A program made the position numbers and the translations under genes. Below the pieces are notes generated by a model. The model was not told the origin of the DNA. It saw nothing but the letters and a program-made list of their open reading frames with translations, and searched no databases. DNA of 64,000 nt from NCBI RefSeq assembly GCF_963921235.1, contig NC_086108.1:24676001-24740000 (forward strand), written 5' to 3'. This document shows positions 1 through 12,953 of the stretch, piece by piece; within the stretch, counting starts at the first letter, position 1; each line of letters starts with the position of its first letter. The DNA comes from Mobula hypostoma (lineage: Eukaryota).

Positions 1-1708
1 TGAGAAAACCAAAAAAAGGTAGTTGGAGCATTAAGCTCTTTCCAATGTTGTAAAATACATCTTTTCGCCATTAAAGTAAGAAATGCAATCATTCTACGGG
101 CTGAAGGGGAAAGATTACTAGAAATTTTAGGTAGTCCAAAGATAGCAGTAATAGGGTGAGGAGAGATATCTATATTTAATACCTTAGAAATAATATTGAA
201 AATATCTCTCCAAAAAGTTTCCAAAGTAGGGCAAGACCAAAACATATGAGTTAAAGAGGCTATCTGCCCCGAACATCTATCACAGAAAGGATTAATATGC
301 GAGTAAAAACGCGCTAACTTATCTTTGGACATATGTGCTCTATGAACCACTTTAAATTGAATTAGGGAATGTTTAGCACAAATAGAGGAAGTATTAACTA
401 ATTGTAAAATCTGCCCCCAATCATCCACAGAAATGGTAAGCCCCAATTCCTGTTCCCAATCTACCCTAATCTTATCAAATGGAGCTTTCCTAAGTTTCAT
501 AATAATATTATAAATCATAGCCGATGCACCTTTCTGACATGGATTAAGGTTAATTATCGAATCTAAAATATATATAGGAGGAAGCATTGGAAAGGAAGAA
601 AGTATAGTACTTAGGAAATTTCTAACTTGTAAATATCTAAAAAAATGTATTCTTGATAAGTTATATTTATTAGATAATTGTTCAAAAGACATAAGGGAAC
701 CATCTAAAAATAAATCCAAAAACCGTAAAATACCCTTAGTCTTCCAAGTTTGAAAAGCGCGATCCGTAAAAGAGGGAGGAAAAAATATGTTGCCTAAAAT
801 AGGAATCGCTAACCCGAATTGATTAAGATCAAAAAATTTTCTGAATTGAAACCAAATGCGCAAAGCATATTTAACTATCGGGTTAGAGACCTGCTTAAGG
901 CGTTTCGAATCAAAAGGAAGAGAGGAACCTAAAATAGAACCAAGTGTATAACCCTGAACAGATTGTAATTCCAATGCTACCCATTTAGGAATAGATAGTA
1001 TGTCCCGGTCAAGTAACCAAAATTTCATATGTCGAATATTAATAGCCCAATAATAAAATCTAAAGTTAGGTAATGCTAAACCTCCATCTCTCTTAGCTTT
1101 CTGTAAATGTATTTTACCCAGTCTCGGATTCTTATTCTGCCAAATAAATGAAGAAATTTTAGAGTCAACTTTATCAAAAAAAGATTTAGGAACGAAAATT
1201 GGTAATGCCTGAAACACATATAAAAATTTTGGCAAAAAAAACATCTTAACTGCATTAATACGACCAATCAAAGTTAAATATAAGGGAAACCATTTAGATG
1301 AAAGTTGAGTAATATGGTCTATTAATGGTAAAAAGTTAGTCTTAAATAAATCTTTATGTTTACAAGTAATTTTAATCCCAAGATATGAAAAGTAATTATT
1401 AATCAATTTAAATGGAAATTTATAATATAAGGGAAGATGTTTATTAATCGGAAAAAGTTCACTCTTACTAAGATTTAATTTATAACCTGAGAAAAGACCA
1501 AATTGTGCTAATAACTCTAAAACAGCAGGAATGGATCTCTCAGGATTAGAAATATATAAAAGTAAATCATCAGCATAGAGTGATAATTTATGGGACTTTA
1601 ATCCCCGAGTTATCCCAGTAATATTTGAAGATTCTCGAATAGCAATTGCAAGAGGTTCTAATGCAATATCAAATAATAGGGGACTAAGAGGACAGCCTTG
1701 TCGAGTAC
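1..1708 (-). mobile_element. L1-clade LINE ORF2 fragment (RT C-terminal half to CCHC zinc knuckle), 5'-truncated, runs off the window start
   Basis: Manual minus-strand translation in a single frame gives TRQGCPLSPLLFDIALEPLAIAIRE (from 1706), HKLSLYADDLLLYIS (YADD at 1566-1577), CDRCSGQIASLTHMFWSCP (~230-285) and CILQHWKELNAPTTFFWFS near position 3. It is absent from the ORF track, consistent with no stop before the window edge. Confidence 0.92.
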
Positions 1709-1764
1709 AGCAACTTTGATGTGCGTTGCTTGAATTTCCAGCATCTGCAGAATTCCTCGTGTTT
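1708..1764 (+). repeat. 3' end of a Penelope-derived hairpin element, interrupted by the L1
   Basis: cagcaactttgatgtgcgttgcttgaatttccagcatctgcagaattcctcgtgttt is nearly identical to the end of the element at ~27033-27089. Confidence 0.8.
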
Positions 1765-1942
1765 GCACTTGCAAAATCTGGCATTTGGACTTCATGCTGA
1801 ATTGCAGTCATTGGAAATGATGCTCAAGAATTTCAGCATAAACATTTAATATTTCTCACATTTCAATGTGATATAAGGAGGAGGTAGCCATTTGGCCCAT
1901 CGAATTTACACTAACTTTTAGTACAATCCCTTAAAACGCATT

Positions 1943-3250
1943 CATAGTCATAGTCATACTTTATTGATCCCAGGGGAAATTAGTTTTCGTTACAGTTGCA
2001 CTATAAATAATAAATAGTAATAAAACCATAAATAGTTAAATAGTAATATGTAAATTATGCCAGTAAATTATGAAATAAGTCCAGGACCAGCCTATTGGCT
2101 CTAGGCGACTGACCCTCCAAGGGAGGAGTTGTAAAGTTTGATGGCCACAGGCAGGAATGACTTCCTATGACGCTCTGTGCTGCATCTTGGTGGAATGAGT
2201 CTCTGGCTGAATGTACTCCTGTGCCCACCCAGTACATTATGTAGTGGATGGGAGACATTGTCCAAGGTGGCATGCAACTTAGACAGCATCTTCTTTTCAG
2301 ACACCACCGTGAGAGAGTCCAGTTCCATCCCCACAACATCACTGAGTTTGTTGATTCTGTTGGTGTCTACAATACTCAGCCTGCTGCCCCAGCACACAAC
2401 AGCAAACATGATAGCACTGGCCACCACAGACTCGTAGAACATCCTCAGCATCGTCCAGCAGATGTTAAAGGACCTCAGTCTCCTCAGGAAATAGAGACGG
2501 CTCTGACCCTTCTTGTAGACAGCCTCAGTGTTCTTAGACCAGTCCAGTTTATTGTCAATTCGTATCCCCAGGTATTTGTAATCCTCCACCATATCCACAC
2601 TGACCCCCTGGATGGAAACAAGGGTCTCTGGTACCTTAGCTGTCCTCAAGTCTACCACCAGCTCCTTGGTCTTTTTCACATTAAGCTGCAGATAACTCTG
2701 CTCACACCATGTGACAAAGTTTCCTACCGTAGCCTGGTACTCAGCCTCATCTCCCTTGCTGATGCATCCAACTATGGCAGAGTTATCCGAAAACTTCTGA
2801 AGATGACAAGACTCTGTGCAGTAGTTGAAGTCCGAGGTGTAAATGGTGAAGAGAAAGGGAGACAAGACAGTCCCCTGTGGAGCCCCAGTGCTGCTGATCA
2901 CTCTGTCGGACACACAGTGTTGCAAGCACACATGCTGTGGTCTGCCAGTCAGGTAATCAAGAATCCATGACACCAGGGAAGCATCCACCTGCATCGCTGT
3001 CAGCTTCTCCCCCAGCAGAGCAGGGCGGATGGTGTTGAACGCACTGAAGAAGTCAAAAAACATGATCCTCACAGTGCTCGCTGGCTTGTCCAGGTGGGTG
3101 TAGACACGGTTTAGCAGGTAGACGATGGCATCCTCAACTCCTACTCCGGGCTGGTAGGTGAACTGAAGGGGATCTAAGTGTGGCCTGACCATAGGCCGGA
3201 GCAGCTCCAGGACAAGTCTTTCCAGGGCCTTCATGATGTGGGAGGTCAAT
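1943..3250 (-). mobile_element. Rex1/Babar-like LINE, 5'-truncated, RT ORF 2101-3249 (382 aa)
   Basis: Motifs TSHIMKALERLVL, LDPLQFTY, FFDFFSAFNTI, GAPQGTVLSPFLF, KFSDNSAIVG, YKYLG, RLYFLRRLRSF. A (tatgac)n tail lies at ~1943-1960. Confidence 0.9.
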
Positions 3251-4326
3251 GCTCAATTGCTTTGAGTTCTCCCTTGTAACCTATTCCCTCTCACTTGTAC
3301 ATCAACTTCATTCATCTATCATCTATGCACGGTGGGAAATTTACACCAACAGATTATTCCACCAATATCTTTGGAATATTTAAGGACTCCAGTGCACTGA
3401 TGGAAAAATCCAAACAGTCACAAGAAGCAAGTCTACTGCTGCAAAGGTCAAATGTGAACGATAATACAGCAGTTCACCTGCTTTGTCACTGCTGGTTGCA
3501 TGCTGAACACAGTTGCAGTCTGCTCTTGGAACTGTATCCAAAACCACAGCAATAAAAACAGTTCCAAACTACACACATCAGTGCCATTTCCACCAGTTGC
3601 CAATGTATTGCAATAGTTATCGCTCATTACAGTCCTCTTATCAATTTTGAGCAGCCAAGTCTTCATTTGCTAAACAAAAAAACTAGTTCACCTTTCAAGA
3701 TACAGATCAAATGCCAAGGCAAACAACAATGCAATGTAAACAACAATACAAAACAACAATAGAAGAGAGTTCTTCAATATGAAATTGATTCAAACAAGAG
3801 TAACAAGGAGTGATTTTTACCACAAGCAATAAGAACAGTAAACAGATGGACTTTTGTACTAAGGTTTTGATTAGCACTCATTGCAATGATGCTTGAATTA
3901 ATAGTGTCAAGAAATATTAAAATGCATCTAGGCACCAATACAAGCAAGTTTAGCTAAATATTTTTGAAAGATAGCATCAATCCAAACAATTACTCTGGTG
4001 AGGTTTTACAGGCAATAGGGCACATAGAGCATGCAGTGTTACATGTTGTATTGTGTATATAGCCACCATTGTTGTAGCAACCATCGGCCAACTTTAATGG
4101 AGAATGACTGTCTGGGACAGCACATGCTGGATTGAATGATTGATTTTAAGCTTTGATAATTCCAAAACACCTTGACTAACCTTTGGGAAGATATGGCAAT
4201 ATGTTCAAAAAAACAGATTTCTTGGATTCAACAGATGAGAAACAGAGCCAGTTTACTGCAAGCCCACCCCAGCCCCTGTGCTCCGAAGAGTCAAGGCCAG
4301 AATTAAGGTGTGTTCATGAAAGCCAA

Positions 4327-4587
4327 CCTGGCTGGTGGCGTAGAGGCATCAGCACCGGACCTTGAGACGAAAGGTCCCAAATTCGAATCCAGCCGCCTCC
4401 CCTGCACACTTTCCATCTGTGCTGGGTTACGAGCTGGTGATCTCATTGGAAACTTACCCAGCAGAAGACAATGGCAAACCACTGCTGTAACTTGCCTCAT
4501 ACACAGTTCCCCACTACATCAAAGAGGCGTGGAGGGAAATCATCTGCTAACAAAAGAAACTCCGGATGCAACGTACCTTTCCTTTCC
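4327..4587 (+). mobile_element. tRNA-derived SINE with 14-bp TSD
   Basis: A-box-like tggcgtagagg, B-box-like attcgaatcc, aatggcaaaccactgc body motif and (ctttc)n tail. The TSD ttcatgaaagccaa is exact at 4313-4326 and 4588-4601. Confidence 0.88.
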
Positions 4588-5228
4588 TTCATGAAAGCCA
4601 ATCAACAGTGGTTGTGTCCAAGACAGACACAATTTTGTGACTTTGTTGAAACTATCACATTACAGGAAGCAAAAGGCTTTGCAAGAGTCATATGTGGAAT
4701 TAAGAGGAGGATCAAAGTTATTCACAAAATTGTACACATCCCATCCCTACACAACCTTGGATATCAAAAAAACAGCAGTACTTTTCATCAACTTATACAA
4801 AGTGAACGACTTGTTCAAGATTCAGGGCATCTCAAAATTGAATTGACATATTGAGCATCATCTGATTCCTTTGTCAATTTGTCTTAAATCTTCTGCAGCT
4901 ATTGTCTTAATTTACCATGATAACATATTAATAGTTCTGTCTGCTTTCTCCGTATCGCTTGTACAATATGATATTATGCATAGAGTTCTTGTAAATTTTT
5001 GTTAACATGAAAATTTCTCTTCTTACACTTAGTTCCATTGCACCAACATCATGCATATGCAAATTTTATTTGAAGTATTCAAGTTGCTCAACTTAAACAA
5101 TTGACTATGATATGGTTATGGTTTTTACCTCGCTCTGCTTAACCCTCATATTAAAAATCTTATTTGTATGTGCTCCACTGTTTACAAAGTGTAAAATACT
5201 TGACATCAAATTAAATTAGAACAGAAAG

Positions 5229-5490
5229 GTTTGAAGTTTCAAAGGTATATTTTATTGTCAAAGTACGCATGTCCAATACAACTCTGATATTTGTCTATTC
5301 CAGATAGCCGTTACATACAGAAAGACCCCACGGGTATTGATGAAAGACATAAACTCTCACCCCCACTACCCACACAAAGGAAAAGAAACAAAACTTGCAG
5401 ATCCCCCCTCCTGCAGCAAATAAGCGGCAATAATAACAGTTCCCGACCCCCTCATCTGCAGAAAAAAGAGGCGACAATAACAATCTAGTA
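5229..5490 (-). repeat. Truncated copy of a non-autonomous LINE-tailed repeat (related to 14193-15045)
   Basis: Shares gtttcaaaggtatattt(t)att..caaagta, cagatagcc and gatccccc motifs with 14193-14440. Confidence 0.6.
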
Positions 5491-6388
5491 ACACATCCCT
5501 GTATACGGCAAGGATGTTTGTGGTCCTATTCAGGACAATAGGTTAAAAATTTCATGGATAAACAGTGTGCTGTCATAAGTATGAGATTAAATTGGCACTA
5601 TGTAGAAAAAGGTGATAGAAGGTGTAATTTCCCAGTCAGCAGATTAGCTTGTTCAGTGCAAGTAATAATAATGTTGTTACACGATTTATATTTATAACCT
5701 CACTTCAAGCACTATACGAGTTAGAAGTTTCTAATGCTAAGCCATACTTAGTGCATTCAGAAATTCAAGGCATCTGCCACTTTCCCTTCAATTTGTAAAA
5801 CTACGACATAGCAATGTATTTACAACTGTGATTATTTTGCAAAATGCATGTTACCATGGAATTATTGGCTTTAGCCCTGTAAAATAGTTTTGAATTGTTC
5901 CATTTATAATATAAACTGATGCTTTTATTCCAGCATGCAGAATTCAAGCCACGCATGTAATTTCCTGGTTCATTCTTCTGATTCTCTTTTAAATTGTAAC
6001 ATCAATGTACATTTTCTTTCGCGCCTGGTGTCCTCTTGCATGAAATGAGCTGCAAAAACTCTCGACTGTGCTTCCTCTATGCTACCTTACTTTCCTGATG
6101 AAGTGCTGGGCTGAATTCTATCTTGTGAACATACAAACACTCCAAAATTTGGAACAGCACTTGCATCAATGATCCCCATGCTTTACTGCATCTCTAACAA
6201 GCGTCATTCTTTTTCATACTGAGAGAAAATGAGTTCCTATTTGACATTAATGGAGGTTGGGAGCAGCTCAGTGAGGAATTTCATTCTCCCAATAAATATG
6301 GGGTACAATGCTGGTGGAAGTATGTCACAGTGTAACATGGTGGTAGAGTGCAGCAGGGGATATGTTTCAATGTAAGACTCTTGGGTAC

Positions 6389-7045
6389 AATGCTACAAAC
6401 ATAAGAGATTCTGCAAATGATAAAAATCTTGAGCAGTACACATAAAATTGCTGGAGGACTCAGCAAGTCAGGCACAATTTATGGAGGGGAATAAACAGTT
6501 GACATTTTAGGCTGAAATAAAGGGAGCAGAACTCAGAATAAGGTGGAGGAGACAAAGGAGTTCACGCTGGCAGGTGATAGGTGAACTCAAATGAAGGGGA
6601 TGGTAAGTGGGTAGGAGAGGGGGGAGATGAAGTAAGAAGCTGCGAGGTGATAGGTGGAAGAGGTAAAGAGCTGAAGAAAGATCTAATACAAGAGGACAAT
6701 GGACCATGGAAGAAAGGAAAGGGGAGGAAACTTGAGGGAGATGATGGGCAGACAAGAATAGAAGGGGTGAGAGGGTAACCAGAATGAGGAATCGAAAAAG
6801 AGAGAAGGGGAGAGGATGAGAAACTACCAGAAATTAGTCAATATTCATGCCATCAGGTTGGAGGCCTCCCAAACAGAATATGAGGTGTTGCTTCTCCAAC
6901 CTGATTTTGACCTCATCATGAGAATAGAGGAATATCATGGACTTACACATTAGAATGGGAATGGGAAGTCAAACTGAAATGGGTAGCCACTGAAAGAACC
7001 TGCCCTTTGCGGCAGACAGAACGAAGGTGCTTGACAAAGACATCC
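6389..7045 (-). mobile_element. Penelope-like element 3' fragment (GIY-YIG C-terminus, pyrimidine-rich 3' UTR, terminal repeat)
   Basis: Minus strand at ~6840-6900 reads LEKQHLIFCLGGLQPDGMNID. The terminal segment tgctggaggactcagcaagtcaggca is homologous to the hairpin arms elsewhere. The region is collinear with 61748-62345. Confidence 0.75.
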
Positions 7046-7249
7046 CCCAATACTATTAGGAATGGCTCTGTCACTATATTACACTGTGGTAGTGAGGAGA
7101 ACTGAGGTTTCAAGGGATATAGATGTGTTATGTGAGTGGGCAATGACATGACAAATGAAATATATTGTGGGGAAATGTGGAATTGTCCAAGTTGGCATCT
7201 AAATGTTGAGACATTTCAGAGCTTTGAGGTGCTAGCTTTGAGGATCTTT

Positions 7250-7650
7250 GAGAAGCTGTCACTGAATCGCTGACTGCATGCATTCAAGGCTCCTGTACTT
7301 CATACCTGATGGTAACAATGAGAAGGGTGATGGATACTCTTAATGATGGATGCTGCCTTTCTGAGGCACCACCCCTTGAAGATGTCTTGAATACCACAGA
7401 GACTAGTACCTAAAATGGAAGTGACTAATTTTAAAATTTTCTGTAGCTTCTTTTGATCCTGTGCATTAGACTACCCCCTCCCACCCGATACCAGACAGTG
7501 ATGCAGCCTGTCAGAATGTTCTCCACTGTACATCTGTAAAAGTTCGAGTGTTTTAGGTGACAAACCAAAATCTCCTCAAATTCCTAATGAAATATAGCCA
7601 CTGTCTTGCCTTATTTACAGTGGCATTGATATGTTGGGACCAGGATAGAT
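7250..7650 (-). mobile_element. Degenerate Rex1/L2-like LINE 3' fragment
   Basis: caggctcctgtac..cctgatggtaacaatgagaagg, gatggatgctgcctt and ccagacagtgatgcagcctgtcagaatg are shared with 16600-16890, 40130-40400 and 51720-51860. Confidence 0.75.
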
Positions 7651-7769
7651 CATCAGAGATCTACCTCGTCATTGTCTTGTCTTGTCATTTAAGGAAGGAT
7701 ATTGTGTTGGAAGTTGTTCAGAGAAGATTTACTCGACTGAGAGCTAGAATGAGTGATCAAAATATTTGA

Positions 7770-8745
7770 GATCTGCCGCAGTTCACATACAGAGACAACA
7801 GATCTGTAGATGATGCAGGTAACATTGGTGTGGACTTCATTCTACAGCTCCTTGACTCCCCAGTTCATATACCAGGGTTCTCTTTGTTGATTTCAGTCTT
7901 CAATACCATCATCCCTGGGCTTCTGCAGGAGAAATTCTCCAAACCTGATTTACCAAGTCCCAGCTGCAGGTGGATCACAAGTTTCTTCTGTGACAGTAGG
8001 TAGTATGTGAGACGAAGCAAGTACATTTCCATACCCCTCTCACTCAGCCCTGGCTTGCCACAGGGCTGTGTACTCTCCCCTATCCTATTTTCTCTGCACA
8101 GCAATGACTGTGCCTCCAGTGATCTAAAGTTTGCAGATGACACTGTTGTTGGAGTAATCACCTGAGGTGACAGATCCAAGTACAAACTAGTGTCCAGATG
8201 CAATTACAACAAGTTGGAGCTGAAAACCCTCAAAACCATTGCTATACATAGACTTCACCCCCTCATCATCAACAACACTACAGTTAGCACCATTTCAACA
8301 TTCAGTTTCTGACATCATTACTTCACAGGACTTCAGGTGGAAGAACAAACTTCCTCTCTAACTGAAGGCAGTCGGTGAGAATTCATTAACAAAAAGACTC
8401 CTTTTTGTTCCTTCATTGACAAAAAGCCTCGGCAGATGATGTACAGCTTGTGGCAGATGGTAAAATTGCATCTTTCTCAGAACATATCGGTGGTTAATCT
8501 AATCAACTATTCTAGTTAGCCTTCCCACCCAATCTATCTGTAAACTCAGTAATTTCACGACACTGTAAAAACTTTAAACAACTTTTTATGATGTTGTTGA
8601 CATAGTAAATACATGACAGTATTTCACTATGCAGTTTATAATTTATAAGTTTATAAATTTATAATTATTTATTCTTATAGTTGTTGAATGTTGTTTTCTG
8701 TTGCATGTCACACCAGCACACCACAGCAAATTCCTAATGTGTAAA
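7770..8745 (+). mobile_element. Degenerate Rex1-like LINE RT fragment and tail
   Basis: Frameshifted motifs LFVDFS..FNTI, PQGCVLSPILFSL and KFADDTVVG (~8127). Confidence 0.75.
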
Positions 8746-9819
8746 TGAGGAAAGATTTTATTTGCTGAAATTTAGAGGAATTAAATGGAGTTTCGAGGAA
8801 ATATAAAAACTGCAAGAGTCATGGAACGAATTGTCTCCTGTAATTATGAGTATTGTATAAAACAACATTAAATATATGAAAGTAGGTAAAATAAGATATA
8901 GTTTTGAAGCCACAATATACAAGAAATCTTAATGTGGTAAATATGGATGTTTCCTGTTGGGTGAGAATCTAGAACAATGGGTTAATGTTTAAAAATATAA
9001 AGTCTCCATTTAAAACAGAAATGGTGTAAACCTAATTTTCTCTGAAAAACTTTTTGATCTTAGGAATGCTCTTCCTCAATGGGCCGTGGAATTGTCTTCT
9101 TAACATGGAAATAGATAAATAATGGAAAATTAAAATAAAAGCTTGCAGATCTAAATACAGTAAATCTAAACAAAAGCAGAAAACACAGGTCAAGCCATAT
9201 CTGTGGGAAGAGAAACGAAAGTCAGCCATGTTTTAGCTCAGCAATTTCTGGAAGCTTGAAATCAAAGAGAATGCTGAATCGCGAAGTAGCTCATGTAGCT
9301 GAGTAGGGAGAAAAATACCTAGTTAACATTGACCTTTCCTCAAGACCGGTATTTCTGTACATAAATCAGAAAGGCTGGTTATCTGAAATGGTGGAATTTG
9401 ATATTGTCTTCTGAGGCCTTCAATATGCTTAATAAAAAGTGATGTGCAGTTTTTGATTTTAACTCTGGATTTCGTTATAATAGAACAAGAGGTTAGAGAC
9501 AGAGGTCAGAGTGAGAGTGCCATTGAGAATTTTGACAGGAAACCTTACATCTTACATGAGGCTCTTCAGGCCGCAACATCCATGGTGACCTTTTGCTCAA
9601 CTATATTAATCCCATTCGGACAATCACCTGAAACACAATAGTGATTAAAAATTATGAATTTTCGGGGAACTGCAAAGAGAGTTGATTTCCTGTATCGAGT
9701 TAGAGAGAAGTACATGGATGTTTGGCCTGCAGAACTTCATGTAAGAAGTATGATTCTATAACTTTAATTTATCCCTGTTGTGGATGTAGGGCTAGATTAG
9801 TTTTACTTCAACATCAACA

Positions 9820-10641
9820 GCACATACAGGACAGGCAGCATCTGTGGAAATGAATAAACAGTCGATGTTTCTGGCTGAGACCCTCCTTCAGGACTGTCCT
9901 TGGCATGAAACGTTGACCGTTCACTCATTTCCATAGATGCTGCCTGTGTACCCCATCAGAGAGTTGTTCTTTGATCAGAGGAGCTGGACTAGGTGCCGGA
10001 GGAGCTGGGCTGGGTGTCAGCGAAGCTGGACTGGGAGCAGACAGCTGTCTGCTACAGGAAGGCATGGGAGTTGTGCATGAGGGTGACTGTCTTGGAGGTT
10101 TCTCTTGCGATCACAAAACCCTGTGGAACATTGATAATATAAGGTGCTACTGGCTTGTTTCCCTTGTTTGGTGACATGACAGATGGTGTGGGAGCTGTGT
10201 GGCGTAAGTTGTAGCGAGGACAAGGCCTCATGCCACAGGCTTACCTATTGCTGCAGTCCAGGAGTGCAGAAGCTAGGGACTGGTGTGGTGTGGCATCCTT
10301 GCTCAACTGGCAGCTGGCCTCTCCCATCGTTGTTGCCCTTTAATGTTCAATTGGTGGAATGACAGGCTGGAATGCGTGTATATGTTTGCTGCACACTGCT
10401 GGGAACTGCACCTTCAATTTGTGGGAACACATAGCTTAGGGATTTGTAGTTTTGTGTTCTCCTTTGCATGACTATGATTTTTTGCTCACTGTTTTGAGTG
10501 TGTTCTGTTCCCGAGAGGGATGATGTTTCATTCAACTGTAATCATGTATGGCTGAATGATAATTAAACTGAAATTTGAATTCCTCCAGTATTTTGCGCTT
10601 GTTGATTTGGATTTCCAGCATCAGCAGAATTTCTCGTGTTT
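9820..10641 (+). repeat. Penelope-derived hairpin split by a ~630-bp LINE-tailed insertion (~9947-10580)
   Basis: Inverted arms caggcagcatctgtggaaatgaataaacagtcga / ttgaccgttcactcatttccatagatgctgcctg stop at ~9946. The sequence resumes at ~10581 as tcctccagtattttg...ttccagcatcagcagaatttctcgtgttt. The insert ends in tgaatgataattaaactgaaatttgaa. Confidence 0.65.
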
Positions 10642-11074
10642 ATAACCTACTTCAACTTGACTGTGTCAGGTGGAATGCACAGGATAGTTCAAAATAAAAA
10701 CAGCTATAATGAGGAGACAGGACCCAAAGAGATGCAAATGTAAACAAATATTGGCTAGTAGAGGAGTTGGGAAGAAAAGCTGAATGGGTAGTGATTTGGT
10801 TGAAGTAGAATTGAAGCAACAGAGAGATGGAACTCATGGACAAAACGAACCTAGAGGGAACATGGTTAGAAATGAAATAAAACTTAGTGAGGTTTAAGTC
10901 TAGACAAGCTACCTGGCATATGAGGGAAATTCAACATAGTGGATTACAGGATGTGGCAGGGATTTGAAATGGTTGGTCTAGATCTTGCCGCAAGTTCAAC
11001 ACCTCCTTACACATTATAAGTGTGACGTGGAGAACGACTGTACTGAAGAGGAGAAGCCAGGGATTCTTGTGACA

Positions 11075-11709
11075 TTTGAGAGTGAGGAAAGCTAATGGCA
11101 TGCTGGCCTTCATAACAAGGGGAATTGAGTATAAGAGCAAAGAATTCTTCTGCAGCTGTACAGGGCCCTGGTGAGACCACACCTGGAGAACTGTGTGCAG
11201 TTTTGGTCTCCAAATTTGAGGAAGGACATTCTTGCTATTGAGCGATTGCAGCGTAGGTTCACAAGGTTAATTCCCGGGATGGCGGGATTGTCATATGTTG
11301 AAAGATTGGAGCGACTGGGCCTGTATACTCTGGAATTTAGAAGGCTGAGAGGGGATCTTATTGAAACATATAAGATTATTAAGGGATTGGACACACTGGA
11401 GGCAGGAAGCACGTTCCCGCTGATGTGTAAGTCCAGAACCAGAGGCCACGGTTTAAGAATAAGGGGTAGGCCATTTAGAACGGAGCTGAGGAAAAGCTTT
11501 TTCACCCAGAAGGCTGTGGAGGTCAAGTCTCTGGATGCTTTCAAGAAAGAGATGGATAGAGCTCTTAAAGATAGCGGAATCAAAGGTTATGGGGATAAGG
11601 TAGGAACTGGATACTGATTGTGGATGGTCAGCCATGATCACAGTGAATGGCGGTGCAGGCTCGAAGGGCCAAATGGCCTACTCCTGCACCTACTGTCTAT
11701 TGTCTATTG
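11075..11709 (+). mobile_element. CR1 LINE 3' fragment
   Basis: ORF 11171-11617 contains RPHLENCVQFWSP, QRRFTRLIPG, RGDLIETYKI and TRGH, followed by the CR1-type 3' UTR and a (tgtctat)n tail. Confidence 0.92.
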
Positions 11710-12953
11710 AGAATGATGCAAAAATATTGAACAGATTTAGAGACGAACAGTAGGCTATGAAAAGCTGATACTGTATGTTGTTTAAGCAGATTTGGTGTTG
11801 GTTGGTTTGGATGGTTTACATCATGTTATCTGGGACTATAAACTGAAATGTTTGGAGAACAGGAAGTAATAGGGTAATTACTACAGCTTCAAGGTTGGAT
11901 TGATTTAGCAGATCAGTAGCTACAGGAATACGATGATAAATGGAAAGCCAAACACCACAAAATAGGCATTTAAAAGTGCAGTAATAGCTGCTTACATTTT
12001 ACAGCATTTCATGGGCCAACTAATCACGAGTCTGAGGCAACTCTTTCCAGGAGCAACCTGCATTTAGTGCCACTGCTCTACCGTAGGCTTCAATCTTCTT
12101 TCCTTCAAACATTTATCCTGCTTATCCATGAAGCTGTAATTGTCACTTACATATGTCCTATGGCAAAATTCCATAGTCTAATAACCTTTTCATGAAGACA
12201 CTTTGCCTAGTAACAGTTCTTGCTCTCAATCATGATTAAATATTGATGACTATTCAGCCACAAGTCCCTAAAAGAAGAATTAAAATGAAAAAGAAGAACT
12301 ATTCAAGTAAATTCCACAAGTGCTATAAACCTTGAAATTTCTTTCCAGTCCTTCCAACAAAGGTGTTATGAGCAAGAACAAACTGGACCATCATTTGTGG
12401 TTGATATTTTTCCTTAGGTACGCTATTTCATCCAATCTACAAGTATCCTGAATCCTAAAAGTTTTACCAACTCAACCTCAAATAACAGAGGATAAAACAT
12501 TTACCTCTATAGGTATTAATTTCTAAAGTTTCACAACCTTATGTTATAGCATTTAAAGTGTCTCTTTCTTTTCGGTTCTTCAGTATTGTTATTATGTTTA
12601 CAATGCAAGGACGGGCTATGTTCTACCTACTGTATTCAAGCTAGGATTGTAATATCCTCAGAAAATTTTCTCATGATGCCTGAAAAACATATTGTCATTT
12701 CTTACTCCATATTCAGAGATACCACTTTTATACTAGTTCAAGGTTTTTACTATCCAAATATCTTCAACATGCATCAGTGGTCTTTATTTGTATCTCAAAA
12801 GTCAAAAATCTTACTTCAGCATGAAAGCTCCAATTTTTACAATTATGCAGTCCCTACTGAGCATAATCTTTAAAGCTGCATATTGATTAAAATTACTTCA
12901 TACAAAACGTAAAAGATAAAACAATAGTGAAAACAGAATATTTGCTATTTAAT

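Noticed and set aside
2177..2970. Plus-strand ORFs of 86 and 240 aa
   Set aside because: Antisense shadows of the Rex1-like RT; the same applies to most 60-150 aa ORFs overlapping CR1 and Gypsy copies.
3448..3670. Minus-strand ORF with a good acceptor (ttttttgtttag) as a further ASTN1 exon
   Set aside because: The translation does not resemble ASTN1 as I recall it and the donor (cag|gtgaac) is weak.
4327..4400. tRNA genes (also ~47190-47260, 49730-49800, 55725-55790)
   Set aside because: These are SINE heads: degenerate A/B boxes followed by SINE bodies, tails and TSDs.
4471..4854. 127-aa plus-strand ORF
   Set aside because: It starts inside a SINE, reads through the TSD into AT-rich flank, and has no recognisable domain or splice signals.
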